Assembly: GCF_035594765.1 (NCBI RefSeq)
Contig: NC_085841.1
Coordinates: forward strand, 225,959,326-226,023,325
Source: Anolis carolinensis
Taxonomy: Eukaryota
Reading direction: 5' to 3'
Length of the DNA: 64,000 nucleotides
A program made the translations under genes and the position numbers. Under the pieces are notes generated by a model. That model searched no databases. It had not been told where the DNA came from and saw only the letters and a program-made list of their open reading frames with translations. Of the stretch, positions 50,455 to 63,474 are shown in pieces. The number at the start of each line of letters is the position of its first letter. Within the stretch, counting starts at the first letter, position 1.

Positions 50455-52806
50455 ATAGTTTGGATACAAACCAAGCCTGGTTGTAACCTGCCACAGGACT
50501 CAAGGAGATGCGGGTAATACATTTGTTGTTATTGCTGTTGAGTACAAGAAAGCAGTAATTGCTTATGGAGATTTCCAGTAGGGAATTCTAAAGATATGTG
50601 TTAAAGCATTCTTCATTTTATCTAAATTACAGTTCTCAAGTGAGGCTTAAATAAAACGAGAAGGCACTGCATCAGCAGCACATTAATAGTATGTCAGATC
50701 ATATCCTTGGACAATTTCATCCAGTAGGTTCATGTAGATTAGGTGTGGGAATCACAGTCCTTCAATAGCTGAACTGGCCATTTCAGTTCATCATGTTGGC
50801 TAGACCTGCTGCAATTTACACTCCAACAAAATACAAGTCTCCATTGCTCCATCTACACTACTTAAGCTGGTGTAGACGAAAATCAGCCTCAGTGTCCAAA
50901 TGCCACATAGAGCTGATCCGGGGTAACATGGGGCAAGGCTGCTTTGCCCTGCATTTCCAAAAGTCAGAGGAAAGTGAAAATTCTGCCCCAGCATTTAGGC
51001 TGTCCCCCAACTTTGGACCAGTGAAGACAATCTGGATGGTTCCCAAATGGAATCAGCCAGAATTGTTCCCACTGCCATCCCATGTTTCCCAGGCATGGGT
51101 GGCCTAGGAACACAGGCTGGCAGTCTCTCAGCACAAGCCACAGCAGTCTTTGTTTGCAACATGGAACCTAGCTATTCCCCACCACTTATCCTGATGTCAA
51201 CTTATCTCTAGATTCTCCAACATTAGTCTGTGATCAACATCCATCTGAAGTTGACCACAGAATCACATTGAGAAGCGAGCTAGAATTTCCTTGAGTAAAC
51301 ATTTTAAATCCATGAATAATCAAATCTACAGAAGTCAAACTCAAAAATGTGGAAGCCCATTGTATCTGCATGCTGGATTCTCACAAGCCCTAGCAGCTAG
51401 GGGTTTAAGGATGGGACTGGGACCTATAACAAAGAAGCTCCTTTTTACAAAATCTTGTTATGGCTCCCATCACCCTCTTCTTTTATTTTTCTTTCTAGTT
51501 GGAGGCTTCTTAGTCACAATGGCATTGGGATGATGGTGAAGGAAAGTGGGAAGCATGTGTAGTACTTCCAGATTTCAGCAGTATGTCTGCAGCAATGCAA
51601 TAAAGTTCAAGCTGGCAAAGAATGGGATTTCACTCTAGCGGATCCTACTTTAGTTCCACTACAACAGCCAAGGAAGCTGCTTTCAAAATCCCTTACTATG
51701 AGTATATTAACAGGAGGAAAGAAAGGTAAAAGTAGAACAGATAAGGCTCCAACACAAAACTCAGCATACTAAAAAAGCATACATTTATAACCTTGGCTAC
51801 ACAAATAAAACTCATTAGGTAATTAGAGTATAGTAAAAGAAAAAAATCGTCAACTACATTTTCAAAAATAATTTTAAATGGTCTAGAAGATTTGAAAAGT
51901 TTTTGCTGGCTGATCCAAGGCTTATCTGACATATGCATTTTTTCATATATGCATGTTATTAATTGTTAATGAAACATTCAAACAAGTTGTACCAGGCTGA
52001 ACTGACTTTTTTCCATGGTGTAGGAACCATGTCATTTCTCCCTCTTGTATCAAATTTTCTGTTTAAAAAGTAATGTCTAAGAATATAGCAACTTATGTTT
52101 ACTAAGGCGCACCTGTTCTAAACTGTATAACCAAGAACAGCTACAGAAGAGTCCTGTACTGCTCAGTATTGAAATTCACACTACATACCCAGAAATATTG
52201 ACTATCTGAAGGAAAGTGCTTCATTACTACTGAACAGAGAGTATACTAAGTATTTTTTTGAAATCGAGAAATGTAAAGAAAAGTTGTTCACCAATGCCAA
52301 AGTACAAGTTATGTTTAACAATATATACTATTGTCATTTGATTTAACTTGCAGAATTAATCACTATCTTGAAGCCAGAATTGAAGTGGCTTCCATTCTGG
52401 CTTGTGTACACACACACAAATTTACATAACTTTCATCAATATCATCATGCATCACTCATTGACTAGATGTAACTAATCCAAAACAGAAATTAGTTATCAC
52501 TTAACTATCTTAACATTTTTGAGATCCAACAATTAAGGCAGGGAAGGAGAAGTAACATAACATGAATAAAATTCTGTGTGCAAAGACACCTGACAGTAAT
52601 GCATGTTCAACAGCCAATTGTTGTTGTAGGGTCTGATTAAATATTGTTATTCATGGCAAATGCTTAACAACCATTTCCTTTCTTTAGCAAAATTTATAAA
52701 ACACTGAAACTAAACATACAGCTAATTGTTAAATTCTTTCTTTGGAGCAATCAAATCAGTAAAGGCTGAGTCTGCCTTACTCAGATTGTTTTCAGATTTT
52801 GGAATA

Positions 52807-53129
52807 CAGTAGAGTCTCACTTATCCAAGCTAAACGGGCCAGCAGAAGCTTGGATAAGCGAATATCTTGGATAATAAGGAGGGATTAAGGAAAAGCCTAT
52901 TAAACATCAAATTAGGTTATGATTTTACAAATTAAGCACCAAAACATCATGTTATACAACAAATTTGACAGAGAAAGCAGTTCAATATGCAGCAATGTTA
53001 TGTTGTAATTACTGTATTTATGAATTTAGCACCAAAATATCACAATATATTGAAAACATTGACTACAAAAATGGCTTGGATTATCCAGAGGCTTGGATAA
53101 GCGAGGCTTGGATTAGTGAGACTCTACTG
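52807..53129. mobile_element. 323-bp mariner/Tigger-like MITE
   Basis: Same TIRs and TA flanks. Near reverse complement of 32615-32937. Confidence 0.92.
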
Positions 53130-56100
53130 TACCTGTATTTGCATATGTAGTATTACAGGGATGGAGCTTAGCTGCATGCCTAGAGTTCCTTTCTGTCCTG
53201 CCTAAAGGGTTCCCAATTCACTACTGCCAGAAACCCAATGAGGGAAAAAGAAAAGACAGAAGAGAGGAGGACTCCACTTACATAATGCTTCTGCAAAAAC
53301 TAACACCCCAGATGCTTCTCCAGCTGTCAGTAGACTTTCCACCTTTTAGAAAAGTAATTAGGAAGGAAGGGGAACAGCCCCCCCCCCCCCACAATCTATT
53401 TCATTCAGCCAATGGAGTCACTCCATGCTGGCCCTTGTGTTCCATTTCCAGGGCACTCACCCTTCGATGCACCTCTCTTGGTCAGGAGGAAGGTGATGTT
53501 TCTCCAAAGGTGGAAGTGGATGGCTGGAAGCAAAAGTTTAGGTTTTGGGAGTATTTTGGATTTCCAGATACAAGAGACTCAACCTGTACTATATAACAAG
53601 TTTTGCACACTGGACACACCTTATGTGTTCACTCAGAAGTCCCACTGAATTAAGTTAAGGGTTATTCATAGGAAAATATATCAACATTTGTTTTGTTGGA
53701 GAACTACAAATGCTCCTTGAAGTGATTTTTAACACTAATAAGTATTTCTGGAGAAGAAAGAAAATTAGGGATGTTTAGAGAAAGGTGGATTTTATGCAGC
53801 AGATGTAATTGCCATGTGACATTTTATAGATAAATGCTTTACTCTGGAAAAGGATTTTCAGGAAAAAGTTGGGAGATGAGTGTGTGTATGTGTATACACA
53901 CAAATGAAAAACTTTTTAAAGTGAAATATGTCAATTTAAAGTCAGATACCCTTAAGCCAGGGGAAATCATTTCTGTTATTAAAGCTCATATATCAACAGC
54001 ATAAACTAAATTTCTTAGATTCAAATTTTGAATTTGGTGGAATTTATACTTTAGAAATCCAATCAGCATGCTTCGATCACTACAACTGGCTTGTAAAAAC
54101 AGCTTTAACATGGAATAACTGCACTGCAGACAACAACTTATAACATCTGAGAATTACCAAACATCACAAAACGTCTGGCTATTTTAGATATCCATTGAAT
54201 ATTAAAAAGAAAAAACTGGTCTAGTACAATAAAATTGCATTTTTACTCTTTCGTGAGACATGTAAAAACAATCTAGTTTACAAGAGATACATTAGGCAAT
54301 GCCTGGGTTCATCAGCAATAGATCATTAAGTAGTTCAGCTAGAAATACACTGAGAATGCTTTTGGAAACAGGTTTAGACAAATCACATCCAAGTAGTCCA
54401 TGCTCTAGAGTTGATGACAGAAATCTTAAATGTCAAGGTATACCAAAGGAACCAAATTTGGCCTGACCTTGGAAGTTAAGCAGAGTTTCCCGTAGCTGGT
54501 ACTTGGTTAGGCAATAAATACTGGTTGCTGTAAGTTGTATTTCAGAGGAAGAAACAGGCAATATGGCCTGTAAATATTCCTTGTCTAAGAAAGCCCTATG
54601 GAATGAATGGGGTTATCCTAAGTCATTAGGTAACTTGAATGCACATTACATGTTCACACAAATAGCAAGTGTCCCTGTATATTCAAATAAATTATCCACT
54701 CTCCTTTAATCTAAAAATATAATTTATCCTAGTTTAGTTCATTTAAGTCTTTTATTTACAGCTTTTCACACTATTTTAACCCAAGATAAATTTATCATCC
54801 ACATCATTACTAAGACTATTATGAGTTAAAATACTGTTACCACTCTTGATGACATTTTCACATCTGAACCCCTTAAAACAGCCATGAGTCATTACACTTC
54901 CTACATCTTTTTACTATTTCCCCAGAATGTATGTTTCAAAGCAAATGTAAGCTATTGTGCAAAGTATAATATCTTACATAAATTTCTGTTATGCTTGAGT
55001 TATGAACTGGTCTTTCCATCCTTTCCTATTTTGAGACATATGTACTGTTTTCAAAAGTAAACCATTTTCAGTTTTATAAAACTGACTTCCTAGGGGGGTT
55101 AGGAAGTGGAGCTTCCAAAAGTAAAAGTATATTTCCAAGGACAACTTTATAATTCGAGGAACAGTACAAGAGAGAAAACGTCTTTCTCTGCTTCACAGAA
55201 ATTGAGAGGTTTTTCCTCATAATTACTGTTTCTTCAGCAAAGCACCGTATGTAGTGGGGGAGGGGGGTGAGATGGAGTACAAACAAAACACATTTTAGAT
55301 TTTTTTTTCTGGTGCGGGATTTCTATATTATCATAGGTTAATATAGAAATCCCCCTCCCACAGAAAAAAAAATCTCTAAAAATTTTACTATGAAATGTCA
55401 ATTCTGAAATGGAATAAAGGGCAAATGTTTTGGTCTCCACTGGAGATGGAAAACAGATATGGAACACAGTAGGCCATCAATCTGGGTTACGAGAATGTGA
55501 TTCAGTTTCCATGATTTTAGTTTAGAAACACCGGATTAAATTCAACTGTTAGTTCCAACTAAAGTAACCCACTGAATTAAAGAAATGCACGTAAGTATTG
55601 ACTGACCAAGTCCTCGTTAATTTAATGCATATGTTCTAGAAACTAATAAACGAACTTAAGCTATTGCTTAGTTATGCCTAAATGAACAACAAAGGTAACA
55701 TGAAAGATGTAAGGAGATTACTCTAGCCTGAGTGAGTTTTTAATGATCATAATTATTTTTACCAATCATTTGAATTCCAAAAACTGCTGCACACACATCA
55801 GTGCTAATTACTGCAATTTATATGAGTTGTTATGCACATTTCTAACTATTTCTTCTATTTCACTACACACCTTTTAGAAATACAAAAACCTTACAAAACA
55901 CTGTACTACCAACACTCCACATAACAGATGGCTTCTTGATTAAAGAATCATTCTGATTAAATAAAAGACCACAGTATTAAGAATAAGAAGACATAAGTAG
56001 TAAACTTCCCTGAAATGCAAGAGGAAACTGAATTCAAAAGGATCTAGCTGAATGTTTGACACTAGTTACATGTGCACGATGTTTCCTTTTTTAATGACTG

Positions 56101-57262
56101 GAACAGTGAGAAATCACTGGTAAGAGATTTTTAAATACTTGATTAGAATGTATATAAAATGAAAGTGTGAGAAGTCACAGAATACTTCTACAGTTACACT
56201 TTAAAAAATAAATAAAAAATACTTACAATACAAGTATGTAAGCAACTTTCATAGGGAAAATTAGGTCAACTCACAATGCCATAATTTATACAAACTTTAT
56301 TATACTTTCATTTGATGGAACTATTATTCCAAACCATGATTAGTTCAGGTATATTTTTCCTTTAAGTAGTCTCTGTTCAGTTTCTAGCACTGTTCGCCAT
56401 TTCAGAGTATAATCAACCCACACGGAACAGATCAATAACATTACAGACGCAAGACTAGACTACATCCATTTAATAACCACAAGAGTGTACCATTCAGCAA
56501 GATCCTACACATATTATACAACTGCTGCAGAAGATTAACTAATGGTGGAAATAAAAGTAAAATCACGATAGATATAGCTATCAGTTCAGTTATATCGACA
56601 TCACTCTTCAACACTGGATATATATACGTCCAAACAAGTTAAAGTACAAAATAAAGCATAACTTTTAAAACTAGAAACAAACAAGGGTTACCATCATACT
56701 CAATACCATTGGATGGTCACAGTGCAGAGCATGCAGTCTCTTAACCACCAGTTGCTGCCCAGAAGAGCATTCCTTTATGACCAAGACCTGATCAACTTAT
56801 TTCTTATGAAAAGATTCTTCCAAAACTTAGAATGCAGCATTTCATTGTAGCATACACTCTTTATTATGTGAATATTGGCAAATTATGGGAAACATCTTAA
56901 AATAAAACTGTGTGGGAACATTTTAAATCTTATGTCTTTCACTCTGGACTTTGTCATGATAGAACATTTTTATAAAGGACACTCATAAAATGTGGCTGTT
57001 ACAACCAACTTTCCGCCACATTATTTTAAATCTCAAAACATTTCACCTAATCATTAGCTTGCACACTAACAGTTTGCAAAACTTGTTCAGAACATTTTCT
57101 ACTATTAATTTGTGTTGTTGTTGAGAACATAACGCCTTATCATTGTTGTACTCAAATGTACAATCACCTAAAATTGCATTTTACTCTCACAAGTGGTTCT
57201 ATAATGCAATGTTAAATATTAAATACCATAGACTAAATAAAGAGAAAAAAGGAGATACTTAC

Positions 57263-57317
57263 CTGAAGAACAGGAGATAAGAAAAACAGCAAACACCAAC
57301 TTTGTAGCAGCTCCCAT
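57263..57317 (-). CDS. ACVR2A: ACVR2A coding exon 1 (signal peptide MGAATKLVFAVFLISCSSG)
   Basis: Reverse strand reads GGAAA-ATG GGA GCT GCT ACA AAG...TCT TCA G|GTAAGT. It is 55 nt long and matches the ACVR2A signal peptide. Confidence 0.96.
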
Positions 57318-58179
57318 TTTCCAAATAGTTAAAATCAGGATGAAGAAATTCTATATATCCAGCTTCCTGGGTCTTCCAAATATGGCAATACCTCTTTCAC
57401 TTATTAAAATTATCTTGGAAAGTAACATGTCCCATACGAGTAAAATCAATTTTCAGTCTAACCAGCTCTTTTTTAGTAGACCCACAAGTAAAATGATGTA
57501 GATATATATACTTAGGAACACTCACGTCATTTGGCTTCTGTACAAACAGTGGCAAAAAATTCAATTAATGCAATAAAGCAGTTTAGTGTTAAGCAGATCT
57601 CTTCACTTTGAGATCTATAAGATATCTCCCATGAACGTTGGAAACCGACAAGATGTACAGATATTAGTAAACAATACTTCCATCTTCACGCTTCTTTCAA
57701 AGCATGTAGTGTCTGAGTGAGAAATAGTTCCATTTCAGTTTCAAGTGTCAACACAAACATGCCTTAGATGGAAGGAGTAATAACAAACTAATCCATTAAT
57801 TTTTAAAAGAAATTGAAAGAGATTTGTGAAATACCAGCGTTTCCTATTAATAAAGGCTGACTTCGATTAATAGGGCAGAAACAAGAGTTCACCCGGTTCT
57901 CCAGAAAAGCCAAAAAATGTTAAGGACGGTGCTTGCTTATCCAGTCACATTTCCACTTGTCTTATCAAATCCTTCCCATTTTTACGACCATGGATGAGAA
58001 GACGGCGTATATAGATATATTTCAGATTGTTCCTTATCCTCAAAGGTTCCCCAACACCTAATTAAAATATCCTTACATATGGAGAGAAATGGAGGGCTGG
58101 TAGGAGGAGAAGAAAAAAAAAACAAAGCACGGTTCTCCCTCAGTCTCTTTTAGGAAGAGGAGTATGTCCTGAAGAGCTC

Positions 58180-59250
58180 AACCTCGGGTGAAGCTGCGGA
58201 GCGATGCTGCACAACCATGTTCTTTCGGAGTGGAGAGAGGTGGGCAAGACCGATACACAGAGTCCTCCTTATGCAGGCATGCAGCTCTCCCGGGCTATTT
58301 TTTCTTTACCTCTCGCATCCAACTCTTCACGGGATCACCATTTTCTTCTTTAGGGGCTGCAGAGGCAAGTTGACTTTTGTTTTGAGGCTGCTTCCTTCCA
58401 GGCGAGCAAGGAGTCACCCTCTTCTCCCCCTTGAGCCTCCCACACACACAACGTAAAGGGGAGGGGGACACACACCAGAAGCCTCCCTCCTCTTCCTCCT
58501 CCTCTTAGCTCTTCCTCAGGCCTCCCGAAGAACCTGCTGCAAGCCCTCGGGTCTCCTCCTCGCCGAGCCCAACTTCGCGCCCTCCTCGGTGACCAAGTGG
58601 GGAAGCTGCTGTCGTCTTCGAGGAAGAAGAGGAGGCAGGGCCGAGTCGGTTTCCCCGCTGAGGGCGGCGAAGGGGAGAGAAACGCTTCTACCGCCCCCGA
58701 GGCCCAACTGGCAGCACAGAATGGCCCTCCCTCCCTTGCTGCGCCCCTGTGGTAATTTCATAGCTACCCATTCAGTTGCGCGGTGAGGCGAACAGACTCA
58801 AGATGGCGGCGCCCGGGCGATTGTTTTTGTTTCCTCTCCGCCTCCCTCATTCCCTCAACGGCTCCGCCCCTTTTTTTTTCTTTCCTCGCGCGCACTTGCG
58901 CCTGCGCGCTCCGCCCTCGCGTCCTTCCCCCAGCTGCTTCTGCTGCCGCTGCTAGGCCGTGGGCGTGTGAATGATTGCGTGTGCGCATGCGCGCCGCGGG
59001 AGGGAGGGGAAGGTAAGAACGCCGGCTGTAGCTCGCTTTGGTTTGATTGGCAGCTCCCTCTAACCACTCGGAGAGGGCGAAAAAAATAAGGTGGAGGATA
59101 AAGGATCCGCCTCCCTCCCTCGGAAGGGGTTCCACTCCCGCCTCTAAGCTTTGAGGCTCCGCCTCCGGAGTGGGCGGGGCTCGATGTTGGCATGCCAAAG
59201 GAGGAAGAAGGCAGAGAAAAAGAAGAGAGGAGGCGCCAGGAAGCCTAATT
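58180..59250. promoter_or_regulatory. ACVR2A: CpG island / ACVR2A promoter
   Basis: The only long GC- and CpG-rich block in the window, upstream of the ATG exon. YY1 motif CAAGATGGCGGC at 58799-58810; NRF1 motif TGCGCATGCGC at 58982-58992 and a variant at 58897-58907; GC boxes at 58862-58870 and 59172-59179; inverted CCAAT (GATTGG) at 59045-59050. Confidence 0.85.
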
Positions 59251-59309
59251 CTCATGCCTTCAGTGCCTCAGTAAGGGTTGAGTGTGTTTTACTCGAATTG
59301 CCCTGAGAT

Positions 59310-60289
59310 ACTGGGTTGCTGTGAATTTTCCGGGCTGTATGGCCATGTTCCAGAAGCATTCTCTCCTATGGCAGGCATCTTCAGAGGTTGTGAGGTATAT
59401 TGGAAACTAAGCAAGGGGGGATTATATATCTATGGAAGGTCCAGGGTGGGAGAAGGTGTCTGTTGGAGGCAAGTGTAATGTTGTAATTAATCAACTTGAT
59501 TAGCATTTAACTAGCTGTGCCTAGCCACGCGTTGCTGTGGCATTTTCTGGTGGTGTTGGTGAGAAATTGTTGAGGTAGTGGTGGTATTGAATGTCTGTTG
59601 TATGGTTGTCTTTATGTTTAGAATGCACACTGAAGTGGATTATATGGCAGTGTGGAGTCAAGATAATCCAGTTCAAAATAGATAATATAAGATTCTAAAT
59701 GGGTTATATAGATGTGTGGAAGGGCCTTGAGTCTACACTGCCATATAATCCAGTTAAAATCTGATAATCTGTGGAAGAGGCCTAAGTGAGGCCTAACTGT
59801 GCCTGTCCCCTGGGCTGAGGAGGTTGCTAGGAGACCAAGTGGGCGGAGCTTAGCCTTCAAACTGGCAGCAATTGGATAAAAACTATTATTCCTCTCCCTG
59901 TAATTAGGACTTTATTTTTCTTTTCTTTTTTGTTGTATCAACCTAGAGCCGTGAATGATGGGTTGTGTTGTCAAATTTTGAGGTTGGGGGGCCTGTAGTT
60001 TTGTTGTTTTGTCCGCTGCCCTGATGCCATCACTCTTTTATATATATAGATAGATGGCCTTGCAGCTTCAAAGCCTGGCTGCGTCCTGCCTGGGGAAATC
60101 CTTTGCAACATTCACACTTGCCTCCAACAAACGAGTTCTTTCTCCCACAGATATATAAACCCCACTTTGCCTAGTTTCCAGAAGACCTCATAACCTCAGA
60201 GGATGCCTTCCATAGATGAGGGTGAAACGTCAGGAGAGAATGCTTCTAGAACATGGCCATACAGCCTGGAAAACTCTCAGCAACCCAGT
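59310..60289. mobile_element. Penelope-like element remnant with inverted pseudo-LTR arms
   Basis: Arms 59310-59484 and about 60104-60289 are reverse complements (actgggttgctg ... cagcaacccagt) and carry hammerhead-like motifs. Confidence 0.8.
59511..60054 (-). mobile_element. Non-autonomous Helitron
   Basis: 5' TCTATCTATATATATAAAAG, 3' hairpin plus CTAG. Splits the Penelope sequence gcatttaa|tggccttg exactly at A|T; the uninterrupted version is at 19692-19708. Confidence 0.9.
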
Positions 60290-60630
60290 TTCTACGGTCT
60301 GTTGCCATTGAACTGGCTTTTGGGATTGTTTGAGGGATCTAACCATGATATCGGCACATATATGCATACAGGGTGTCCCAAAAGTATCCATAAGCAGGAA
60401 AAAAAATACAAATTCATATTTTGTTTCATATATATATATGTGTGTGTGTGTATAATAATTTTAGATATAAAATATGTTGGAAATGTTTTATAGAGTTTTG
60501 TAAATATTTTTAAATGAATATTTTGTAAATAAAATTAGATTTAGCTATAATTTTATGTTTTCCATATGCGTGGTAACTTTTGGAACATCCTATATGTGGA
60601 GCCCATAATTATACATACTTATATATATGT

Positions 60631-61028
60631 GGAGCCCTCAGTGACGAAATGGATTAAACCAGTTGTTCTCAACCTGGGGTTCCCAAATGTTTCTGGTCTT
60701 CAGCTCCAAGAAATCTTTACAGCTAGAAAATTGGCTAGGATTCCTGGGAGTTGTAGGCCAAAAATATCTGAGGACCCACTGGTTGAGAACCACTGGGTTA
60801 ATCCCTTGCACCGGCAGGACTGCTGACCAAAAGGTTGGCAGTTTGAATCTGGGAAGTGGGGTGAGTTCCCGTCTGTCAGCTCCAGCTCCCTGTGCAGGGA
60901 CATGAGAGAAACCTCCCACAGGACGATCAAACATCCGGGTGTCCCCTGGGCAACATCCTTGCAGATGTCCAATTCTCTCTCACCAGAAGCAACTTGCAGT
61001 TTCTCAAGTCGCTCCCGACACGAAAAAA
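60631..61028 (+). mobile_element. tRNA-derived SINE (third family), interrupted by a MITE
   Basis: Head ggagccctcagtg..., tail 'caagtcgctcccgacacgaaaaaa'. Related pieces at 17268-17440 and 18323-18495. Confidence 0.8.
60660..60795. mobile_element. hAT MITE with SPIN-type TIRs, inserted in a SINE head
   Basis: Same family. TSD gattaaac/ggttaatc. Confidence 0.85.
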
Positions 61029-62981
61029 GTGTGTACAGATATATACTGTGTTAATGATGAAATACAGTATTTAAAAGCAAATCAAGACAAAGACAAACTT
61101 AATGTAACATGTACTTTAATTTTTATTTCAATTATCAATCAATATCAATTATTAACTGTACATATACACACACATACTCCCCCACACATGTATATGTATA
61201 TATATATTCAGAAATATATATGTGTGAGTCATTGGTTGCAGTTACTTTGACGTCTGCCCACTTTGCGTCCAATATAAATGTTATGCTTCTGAGTTGATAT
61301 GTTGATTGCACTTCTCTGTGATAATTTAAAGTAGCAAAATTAGGGGGTAATTCAAATGTTCACTTATCATGGGACCATATCCTATGTTATTTCATTATTA
61401 AGTATGTTTTTCTTAAAAATGTGTGCCGACAGACCTATGAGCATCACACCACTTTTGAAGCTGAAATGGGGCTTGTTACTGATTAGTGAAGTTTTTAGTC
61501 AAAAGGGAGAAAGGAAGATTCATGAAACCCTCAAGCACTAGACGTTCTCTGGTTTTGGAAACTAGGCAAGGTCAGACCTGGTTAGTATTTGGATGGGAGG
61601 CTGCCAATAAGAGAATTTTGGGGCAGAAGTCCTTCATTTCAACAGGGTTCACTATTTATGGGTTCATGAAGTCTAGGATCGTATCCTCCTGGAATAGTAC
61701 TATATTTCCTTACTGCTGCTTACAAAAAGACTTTCATAGAGAAATGTTTTGAAAACTTATTTCACGTCAAACTTATTATTATCAGTATGTTTATTTATAC
61801 CCCACTTGTTCTTTTCACAAAGGAGACTCAAAGTGGCTAACTTAGACCCCACCTACACTATATTGAACTGCATTACAATGGTCAGCGTAGTCTCATACTA
61901 AACAGATTGAGCTGCATTGACTTGGATTGTATGAGTTTACACTGCTATATAATCCAGTTCAGTCTGCATTATAATGGCAGTGTAGATGTAACCTAAGAGG
62001 ATTGTGAAGTGGTTTTTTACATCAGCACCAGTGCAGATGTTAGAAGACAAGATGAACGTCTTTTTATTTAGAATACGGTAGGAATTCAGAGGTACTGGGA
62101 TCAAGTGTGTCAAAGTCGTAGTCAGCAGAGGACTTACTGGTTTGGTACAGCTTTTATTAGTAAAACCCAAGCATTGGAAGCTTTACATTTTAGATTATGA
62201 TATCTGCTTTCCACTCTGTGTGGATTTACTTGGAAGTCATCGTTGCTGTTGAACTCAGTGTCATTTCTGAGGACACATTCATGGGATTGTTGTTGTTTTT
62301 TTGTTTTTGTTTTGCAAGGACATCCATTGATTCTTGAAAGCAGAAAATATAATCATGGTTATGATTTGACTGTAACTGTGAAACACCAGTAAGAACCAGA
62401 TTTACAAAGATGTTTTAATAGAGAGTTGTGCAATAAGGAGCAGTCACTTTTGTACTTAACCTTCTCTTTTGTGTACACTTCTGCAAAAAAGGACTCATTC
62501 AACATAGGAGAACTTAACTGCATAGATGCATCAGAAAATTGGTCTGTATAACAAATAACTTATCACTCTTCTACCTCTGAAAGCAGGGTTGTTTTTTCAC
62601 CTGAGCACTCCAAACCTGTTTCTGATTATTGAGACCAGGGATCAAGAGAATTGTCTTGCTAGGAGTGCAAGCTATAATGCCTTTCATAATTACCATCAAC
62701 CCTCAACATTCACTGAAGCTAAGGCACAGATCCCTGTAAAAGTGAAAAACCACGAATAAATAAATCATTTTTTTTAACCTGGGAAAAAGTCTGTCTAGGA
62801 ATTTCTAGGTCTTCCTGCATGACTCTGTGTTATGAAATCATGGGCCTTGTAGTTTGGTGAGAGCCCAGCACACTTTGGCAGGGAAGGCCATGTAAAACTA
62901 CAGCTCTCCTGATTCCATAGCATCAACCATGGCAGTTAAAGTGGTGTCAAACTGCATTAATTCTACAGTATAGTTGCACAC

Positions 62982-63474
62982 GAATAGTTAAAGTAATGGT
63001 ATTCTCGTAGTAACCTATGGATGTGAGAGCTGGACTATAAGGAAGGCTAAGTGAAAGAAGATAGACGCTTTTAAACTGTGGTGTTGGAAGAAAATCCTGA
63101 GAGTGCCTTGGACTGCAAGAAAACCAAACCAGTCCATACTCCAGGAAATAATGCCCGGCTGCTCACTGGAGGGAAGGATATTAGAGGCAAAGATGAAGTA
63201 CTTTGGCCACATAATGTGAAGACAGGAAAGCTTGGAGAAGATAATGATGCTGGGGGGAAAGGAAGAAAAAAGGAAGAGGGGCCGACCAAGGGCAAGATGG
63301 ATGGATGGTATCCTTGAAGGGACTGGCTTGACCTTGAAGGAGCTGGATGTGGCAATGGCCGACAGGGAGCACTGGTGTGGGCTGACACGATAAAAAATTT
63401 ACTTTAGAAAGACTTGAAATTTAATGTCCATGAGGTCACGAAGAGTCAGAATCGACTGAACGAATGAACAACAA
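62982..63474 (+). mobile_element. RTE/BovB-type LINE 3' end, 5'-truncated
   Basis: TYGCESWTIRKA*...IDAFKLWCWKKILRVPWTARK...YFGHIM with stop codons, a (CAA)n tail, and an imperfect TSD tagttgcacac/tagatgcaccc. Confidence 0.88.

Noticed and set aside
58764-59255. 163-aa ORF and overlapping ORFs in the GC-rich block
   Set aside because: Stop-poor frames are expected in a CpG island. The translations are low complexity with no recognisable domain.
63015-63388. Cluster of ORFs near the window end
   Set aside because: These are alternative frames of a 5'-truncated RTE LINE remnant whose true frame contains stop codons.
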